Source: Octopus vulgaris
Taxonomy: Eukaryota
DNA: 64,000 bases
Reading direction: 5' to 3'
Assembly: GCA_951406725.2 (NCBI GenBank)
Contig: OX597828.1
Location: 42,222,001-42,286,000 of the forward strand
Below are positions 55,728 to 64,000 of the stretch, in pieces. Made by a program: the position numbers and the translations under genes. Positions within the stretch are counted from its first letter, which is position 1, and every line of letters begins with the position of its first letter. The notes below the pieces were generated by a model, which did no database searches, was not told the DNA's origin, and saw only the letters and a list, made by a program, of their open reading frames with translations.

Positions 55728-55841
55728 AACCGGTGAGGTTAAATTTCTGTTAACTACAGCCACCTGAGTGTTTAGCAATAGCCTTTTTTTTTTTACTATA
55801 GAAAATTTAGACTGGTCCGTTGATGGGTTCTTAAATTATGT

Positions 55842-56229
55842 GGAGGCGCAATGGCCCAGTGGTTAGGGCAGCGGACTCGCGGTCATAGGATCGCGGTTTC
55901 GATTCCCAGACCGGGCGTTGTGAGTGTTTATTGAGCGAAAACACCTAAAGCTCCTCGAGGCTCCGGCAGGGGATGGTGGTGATCCCTGCTGTACTCTTTC
56001 ACCACAACTTTCTCTCACTCTTACTTCCTGTTTCTGTTGTACCTGTATTTCAAGAGGCCGGCCTGATCACTCTCTGTGTCACGCTGAATATCCCCGAGAA
56101 CTACGTTAAGAGTGCACGTGTCTGTGGAGTGCTCAGCCACTTACACGTTAATTTCACGAGCAGGCTGTTCCGTTGATTCGGATCAACCGGAACCCTCATC
56201 GTCGTAACCGACGGAGTGCTTTCTCTCTC
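55842..56229 (+). mobile_element. SINE family C, full length
   Basis: tRNA-like head, 11-bp TSD TCTTAAATTAT (55829-55839, 56230-56240). Confidence 0.92.
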
Positions 56230-57899
56230 TCTTAAATTATATAAGCTTTTCATTAAAAGTTGGTTTACTTATGTCCCCGTACAGAACGGGCCACATAAAA
56301 CCACATGCACACCACACTGATACAGAAATAATATAAATAAGTATTGGTGTTGTTGCGATCAACTAAAACTCTTCAAGACGGTGCCCAAGCATGGTCACCA
56401 TTCAACGACCGAAGCACGTTAAAAAAACGAATAAGTAAACAAATAAATAACTATATAAATAAAATTGTTAGAAGCTTTTAATCCTGACCTACCTCCACCT
56501 CAAACATCATCACAGTGACCTAATAAAGTAGATTATCCCAACTTAATTCTTAATTAACCTATAGGCATCTCCACCACCACCACCACCACCACCACTACCA
56601 CCACATACACTAACATCATCACCGCCACACCACTATCCTTATTAGCCAACGAAGGTATCCTTATGAGGTCGCTCAAAGTGCTAGAAATAATAACCATGTC
56701 TCCCTTCAAATCTTATCGTAACATGTTTAAAAAAAATAGTACTGTATTGTTAGGTAATGTGCTTTTGAGGTTCCCTGAGCGCGGGAAAGAAAAAAGGCGG
56801 GACGGTCACATATGGAATGGCATTTTATCATAAGGTCTGTTAAATCACGGATGATCTGGGGCTAAACAAGAACAACAAGAACAATACCCAGTATTAAGAC
56901 TACTCTCATCACCACCACTACCATTGCTTTCGTACCACCACCACCACCACCACCACCACCACTACCACTACCACCACCACTACCACCACCAACATCACCA
57001 ACACCATCACTGCTGTCACCACCACCACCACCACCACCATTACCATCACCACCACCGCCACTGCTGTCACCACCACCAACACCACCACTACCGCCACTTA
57101 CCACCATAACCACCATGACCACCTCCACCACTTCTACCGCCACCATCACTAACAATGTACCTGATATAGTAATATGTCAGACTGCTAAGTCAGCAAATCC
57201 ACAAATACAGACATTATTATATTTTATTTACTTATTTTATTTATTTTATTTATTTATTTATGTTATCCTTTTTCTTTGTGTTTTTTTTTTGTTTTGCTGT
57301 TTTTTTTTTTCATTTTTACTTTTTCACCTTTTTTTCTCTCTTTCATTAAAATGTTTTTTTTTACAAACCTGTGAAGAGGAAGAGGTCAAAATACACGATT
57401 CTTTCGAAGCCCTCCTAGCCTTTCTTCATCATCACCATCATCGTCGTCATCATCATCATCATCCATTCGCAGTTGCATTAGCGTTGCAGTTCTTCTTCTT
57501 CTTCTTCTTCTTCTTCTTCTTCTTCTTCTTCTTCTTCTTCTTCTTCTTCTCCTTCAAATAAGTGGATGTCAGAATCGGTGGAGCATCCAAACAAATCGCC
57601 AAGCGATAACCGGTTACATCTCTTTAAAGTTTTATGTTCAAATCCCACACAGTTTAACTTGACCTTATATCATTCGTGCGCCAATAAAATAAATACCAAC
57701 TAGGTACCTACTGTAACCAATGTGCTCATCAAGTCCTCCAATGGCCTCGAGACACGTGACATTGCAAACGATGCTGGATGTTCGTGCCACCGATGGTTGT
57801 GAGACTCGGTTCCTCACTAAGTTTATAGTTTATATTGCTTTGAATTGGTTTTGCCTTCCATATCTTTCAGGCGACGATCAAAATATATGCTAGCTAAAT

Positions 57900-58094
57900 T
57901 CTAGGATCGGACCGATGTGCGTATGTGTAAGAGCGAGAGAGAGAGAGAGAGGGAGAGAGAAGTAGAAGAAGAAGAAGAAGAAGAAGAAGAAGAAGAAGAA
58001 GAGAGATGAAGAGAGGGAAGAGAGAGGGGATCTGACCGGTGTGTGTGTGTGTGTGTATATGAAAGAGAGATGAAGAGAAGAAAAAGAGAGAGAT

Positions 58095-58133
<39 letters not shown>

Positions 58134-58268
58134 AGAGGAAGAGAGAGAATAGAGAGAGGAGAGATGAAGAGAGAGATGGAAAAGAGAGAGAGAGAGAGAG
58201 AGATCGAGACCGGAGATGAGAGAGAGAGATGAAGAAAGAGAGAGAGAAGAGAGAGAGAGAGAGATGAA

Positions 58269-58299
<31 letters not shown>

Positions 58300-58505
58300 A
58301 GAGAGTGAGGGGATCGGACCGGTGTGAAAGAGAGATGAAGAAAGAGAAGAAGAGAGAGAGAAAAGAGAGGAAGAGAGAGAATAGAGAGAGGAGAAGAGAG
58401 AGGAAGAGAGAGAATAGAGAGAGGAGAAGAGAGAGAAAGAGAGACAGAGAGTTGAAGAGAGAGAAAGAAGCGAGAGAGGAAGAGAGAAAGAGAGAGAGAG
58501 AGAAT
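57900..58505. repeat. GA-rich minisatellite with recurring GGATCGGACCGGTGTG spacer
   Basis: Spacer variants at ~57904, ~58028, ~58201 and ~58311. Confidence 0.8.
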
Positions 58506-59033
58506 ATTGAGAAACGTTCCGCCATTAAAATATTTTTGCATGTAATCAGACGTTTCATAGGTTCAGTATACACGGAACTGGACAGCTATAGACAAACCCC
58601 TACTTTCCTATAAACCGGCTCTAAATGGAGTGTGAAATCTGATCGTCTTTTTAAATGGACAAACTACATCCTACGAGTCCTCATTGCCGCACTGACACCA
58701 CTAAACTTGGAACCGTTGCCCAAATCGCTCCTTCATATTCCAGTATACTGGATTTTAGCACAACAATCCTAGCTTCCTGTGTGTAGGTATCCAATGATAA
58801 GGTTGAGTATTAACCATCATCGTAATATTTCTTGTGGTTTTAGCTAATTCTTTCAGTTAAAATATGTGACTCAAAACGACTAAGAACACTATTGCAAACC
58901 CATCAAAAGGATGTCGTATTGGGATATCCAATAAACCTACAAGGTATAGCCTGAAATTCTTACAATTAGGTGTTCTGATTCAAATAGCTTTACTATATCT
59001 ATATAAATATATATAATTTAGAAAATTTTGAAA

Positions 59034-59096
59034 CCACCTGATGAATGTCTGCTACTCAAAAATTTGATGACAGAAGACAGGAAACGATCGTAGTGG
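59034..59096 (+). ncRNA. Type I hammerhead ribozyme in PLE 3' region (~58860-59218)
   Basis: CCAC-CUGAUGA-A-UGUCU...AGACA-G-GAAAC-GAUC-GUA-GUGG, palindromic stem III. Confidence 0.7.
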
Positions 59097-59212
59097 ATAT
59101 TAATTATATTTTTTAATAATTGTTACATATCTAAATAATATAAATTTATTTATGTATTGGCTTAAGTCTTTCATTGTTTGATTTGCATAATAGTGGTTTT
59201 CTCTCTAATTTG

Positions 59213-59274
<62 letters not shown>

Positions 59275-59343
59275 TATGTTGATTCGCCATGTTGATTCGC
59301 TAGCTTCTGCACGCATTTTCTCCCCGTGTTTCTTTTCTGTGTA

Positions 59344-59381
59344 TCTTTCTGTTGAAGAGCGTAAGCTCGAAACGTAAAAGA
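59344..59381 (+). ncRNA. Minimal HHR motif, CUGUUGA core, in short element ~59300-59479
   Basis: UCUUU-CUGUUGA-A-GAGC-GUAA-GCUC-GAAAC-GUA-AAAGA. Confidence 0.6.
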
Positions 59382-59477
59382 CTTGTTTTATTTATATTCC
59401 TGAGCGCCATACTAATACAATTGTTTGTTTGTATTCCACCTGCCTTCGTCTTTTGTTTATTTTCATAAAGCTTCCCG

Positions 59478-59532
<55 letters not shown>

Positions 59533-59546
59533 TATATACATATATA

Positions 59547-59611
<65 letters not shown>

Positions 59612-59919
59612 AATAATTAAATTATTATGCACTTCATTGTGTTTTGTTGTGCGCTTAATAATCGGTCAGTGGAAAAAATTGCCTTGCATGAAACCGGTCC
59701 TTGGTTCAATAAAGTTTGGGGACCACCGGCTTAATGGTTAAGTAAATAAACTCATGACGACCATAGAGGAAAGGGGCAGTGGTCATATCTTGCAGACCTT
59801 TGTAAACCGCTGAGTTAAATGCCCTACGTGTTTCTCTTGAACCTTTGTAAGCCATCACCTGTGTGAAATCTGGAGAGAATTTACTGCCCGTTCGTGCATC
59901 CATATATATATATATATAT

Positions 59920-60118
59920 AATTTTTTTTCTTGAATGAGATAAAAAAAACCCAAGGCTGTGAAGATTTTAGAACATTTATAAATATTGCTTAACCATTTC
60001 CGATGAAGGGATATGATAAATATCCTGGAAACAGCTGTAAGACCTTCTATTTATAATTGTTCTAAAATCTTCACAGCCTTGGGTTTTTTTTTAATCTCAT
60101 TGCGGAAATTTTTTTTTA
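59920..60118. mobile_element. Fold-back element with a truncated HHR in the spacer (60000-60043)
   Basis: Arms CCCAAGGCTGTGAAGATTTTAGAAC / GTTCTAAAATCTTCACAGCCTTGGG. Spacer CCGAUGA-A-GGGAUAU..AUAUCCU-G-GAAAC-AGCU-GUA, same family as 25301. Confidence 0.75.
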
Positions 60119-60286
60119 TATATATACACATGCTGATATATAACCTAGGTTGGACTCCTCATTCGCATAATCACCGAACTTGGAGCTTAACTATAGTCTA
60201 TCCATAGCACTTACTCAGCATTACCTGACACCTTTGGGTCTTATTGACACCATTACCTCTCATAACCTCTCTCTCTCTTTCTCTCC

Positions 60287-60355
<69 letters not shown>

Positions 60356-60493
60356 GTTTTTGCTGACTAATAAGTTTGTCTTCTTAACTATATTTACTAA
60401 CTGTTGTAATTGCTTGCGTGTGAGAGAGCGAGAACGAGAAGGGAAGAGAGAGAAGAGAGAGAGAGTGAGCATGTATGTGCGAGTGAAAAGGTG

Positions 60494-60530
<37 letters not shown>

Positions 60531-60642
60531 GATTATGGAAGTATATTAAAATACTGATATATGTCACCCTGTATTTTCCTGTTCCCCCTCTCATTCCACC
60601 TCCCTATCTGGCATTGTATAATCCATCCATTCATTCATTCCT

Positions 60643-61180
<538 letters not shown>

Positions 61181-61517
61181 CATACATACATACCTATTTG
61201 TCTGTCTATCTATATATCTATCTACCTCGATCACTGTCCATGTATCTATGAAGCTCTTGATATATACGAATAAGTATACACACGCACACACATACACACA
61301 CGCATGCACTCATACACACATATGCACACAGACAACCTAGTACGTACACATATCTGAGTTATGAAGAGTTATGAAGAGAGACAGAGAAGAGAGAGAGGAT
61401 GAGAGAGAAAGAGAGACGGAAAGAGATAGGGAGAGGGAGAGAGAGAGACAGACAGAGAGAAGCAGAAAGAAAGAAAGAAAGAAAGATAGACAGACAGACA
61501 GACAGACAGAAAGCAAA

Positions 61518-61560
<43 letters not shown>

Positions 61561-61715
61561 CCAGAGGGTAAGAGAGTGAGTGAGAGAGAAACATTGAAAG
61601 GGAGAGGGAGAAGGACATAGAGTGAGAGACAGAGAAGGACATAGGGAGACACAGAAGAGAGAGAGAGAGACAGACAGTGAGAGAGAGAAAGGTAGAGAGA
61701 AACACGTAGAGCAAC

Positions 61716-61791
<76 letters not shown>

Positions 61792-61956
61792 TAATATGCC
61801 AAACATCAGTCTGGGATATTGTAACGGACGGATCAGGATATTTATGATTTAATGATAGAGATTAATTGAAGAAAACAAAACGGGTGCGTGATTAGGGGAG
61901 GAGCAGGAGTTGTGAGAATTGAAAGGGAAATAGCATGAGGGATGGGACGGACGCGC

Positions 61957-61992
<36 letters not shown>

Positions 61993-62144
61993 GGGGTGGG
62001 GGGATCGTTCTAAACGATAAGCTTTGAAGGTTTAGATTATCGTCTCAAAAACAGATATTTGTGATTTGTTGATTGTGCAAGTTATGGCGAAGTTAGATTA
62101 CCCAGAAGACCTGATTCAGAAACAACTGAAATGTGGGTCAGTAG

Positions 62145-62181
62145 AAAAAGAAAGGAAGAAAGAGACAGAATTAAAGAATTA

Positions 62182-62253
<72 letters not shown>

Positions 62254-62257
62254 AGGA

Positions 62258-62288
<31 letters not shown>

Positions 62289-62451
62289 GAAGAAAGAAAG
62301 AAAGAAAGAAAGGAAGAAAGACAGAAAGAAAGAAAGGAAGAAAAAAGAAAGGAAGAAAGACAGAATTAAAGAATTAAAGAAAGAAAGAAAGAAAGAAAGA
62401 AAGCAGGAAAGAAAGAAAGAAAGAAAGAAAGGAAGAAAGAAAGAAAGAAAA

Positions 62452-62487
<36 letters not shown>

Positions 62488-62563
62488 AAAAGAAAGAAAA
62501 AAGAAAGAAAGAAAGAAAGAAAGAAGAAAGAAAGAAAAAAGAAAGAAAGAAAGAGAAAAAGAC

Positions 62564-62622
<59 letters not shown>

Positions 62623-62632
62623 AGGAAAGAAG
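62145..62632. repeat. (GAAA)n tract
   Basis: Directly visible, with GACAGAATTAAAGAATT duplicated. Confidence 0.95.
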
Positions 62633-62774
62633 CCATGCTAACAGACCATCTTACTAACCAACTTATTTAAAGAAAAATATCATGGCTTCAAATTTTCCCA
62701 CATGGCCAGCAAATTTATAGTGGGCGGGGTAAGTCGATCACATCTACCCCAGTGCTTAACTGCTACTTATTTTA

Positions 62775-62819
62775 AGTTACGGTTGCCAAGCGATATTGGG
62801 GGAACGAACACAGACACAG

Positions 62820-62900
<81 letters not shown>

Positions 62901-63210
62901 CACATATATACGACGTGTATCTTTCTGTTGAAGAGCGTAGGCTCGAAACGTAAAAGACTTGTTTTATTTATATTCCTGAGCGCCATACTAATACAATTGT
63001 TTGTTCGTATTCCACCTGCTTTCGTCTTTTGTTTATTTTCATAAAGCTTCCCGTTATATATACGACGAGCTTCTTTCAGTTTCCGTCACAAGGCTTTGGT
63101 CGGCCCGCGGCTATAGTAGAAGATACTTGCCCAAGGTGCCACGCAGTGGAACTGAAGCCGGAACCATGTGGTTGGAAGCAAGCTTCCTTCGACACAGCCA
63201 CGCCTGCGCC
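62775..63210 (-). mobile_element. SINE family A interrupted by an HHR element
   Basis: SINE sequence resumes after 63067. Confidence 0.8.
62916..63055 (+). mobile_element. 140-bp HHR-bearing element with 12-bp TSD (HHR at 62920-62957)
   Basis: TSD ATATATACGACG at 62904-62915 and 63056-63067. Nearly identical to 59340-59479 and to the reverse complement of 41752-41890. Confidence 0.85.
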
Positions 63211-63239
63211 TAAATATATGTAAAATGTATATCACAATA

Positions 63240-63526
63240 TTCATGTAATCACTATGTCGAGTAGACTATCGGTGGCTGTTATACACCACTACTCACAATG
63301 CGCTTCCTCGTTTCGAATGATGTCACTGTACAGGCTACGCAGCCAGGTCAACAGTCGATCTCGACGGAATACCAATCCGTCACAGACTTACCCATTTCTA
63401 GCTGACTGAGGTAGAGCGCCGTAAAATGAAGTGTGTTGTTCAAGAACATAACGCGGCGCCTGTCTCTAGAAATTCGAAACCGCGATCTTGAGTGCAACAT
63501 CTCTTACGACTAGGCCACGTGCCTTC
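63240..63526 (-). mobile_element. tRNA-derived SINE, diverged (tail also at ~54812-54930)
   Basis: Minus-strand head GGCACGTGGCCTAGTCGTAAG..GGTTTCGAATT. Confidence 0.65.
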
Positions 63527-63549
63527 ATAAGAGCACACACACATGTACA

Positions 63550-63599
<50 letters not shown>

Positions 63600-63933
63600 A
63601 TTCCTATTGTATGTGTCTTTATTTGCGCATGCGTATACCCCTATGTGTCTATGTTTAGTTAGTGTGGGGGGAAAGGGCCTGTAAAAGACACATACAATAG
63701 GAATACAAAATACAAAATGGCTGACCGTTAGTAAGGAGAGACACACAAATAAGAAAGAAGAAAGCAATGGACCACTGATGAGGTCACAGAAGTGTGACGA
63801 AAGAACTCTGGCCGAAATAAGATTAAGATTAATGTAAAAAATAAATAACGCTGAAGCAAATTAACACCAAATATATAGTGCATGTGTCTTTATTGGCTAA
63901 ACTGGCAACATGACCATTCCTAAATACACTAAC

Positions 63934-63980
<47 letters not shown>

Positions 63981-64000
63981 TTTAAAATAAATTACTTTGC

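Noticed and set aside
55842-55915. Functional tRNA gene (also the other SINE heads)
   Set aside because: A and B boxes are present but there is no closing acceptor stem, and the sequence continues into a SINE body with TSDs.

Overview
AT-rich, microsatellite-saturated eukaryotic non-coding DNA with no convincing host protein-coding ORF. Almost every ORF in the supplied track is a translated simple repeat. The tRNA-derived SINE families resemble those I recall from octopus, so a cephalopod origin is likely (inference, not database-checked). Mobile content: three abundant tRNA-SINE families, non-autonomous Helitrons, decayed Tc1/mariner elements, MITEs, L1/Tx1-like and R4-like LINE fragments, and many Penelope-like element (PLE) remnants, including a 210-aa GIY-YIG endonuclease ORF. 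The main hidden signal, found by eye on both strands, is about 19 type I hammerhead-ribozyme (HHR) folds in short PLE-derived units that sit in (TA)n tracts. These include a recurrent A6U core variant (6 copies), a C3G/G8C compensatory-swap core, HHRs with ~70-95-nt stem II extensions, a tRNA-like Pol III module upstream of one HHR, and fold-back inversions that break at or near the ribozyme. Other points of interest are a Tx1-like LINE found twice inside (GATA)n arrays and a candidate 33-nt microexon. All folds were paired manually. None has been tested for activity.
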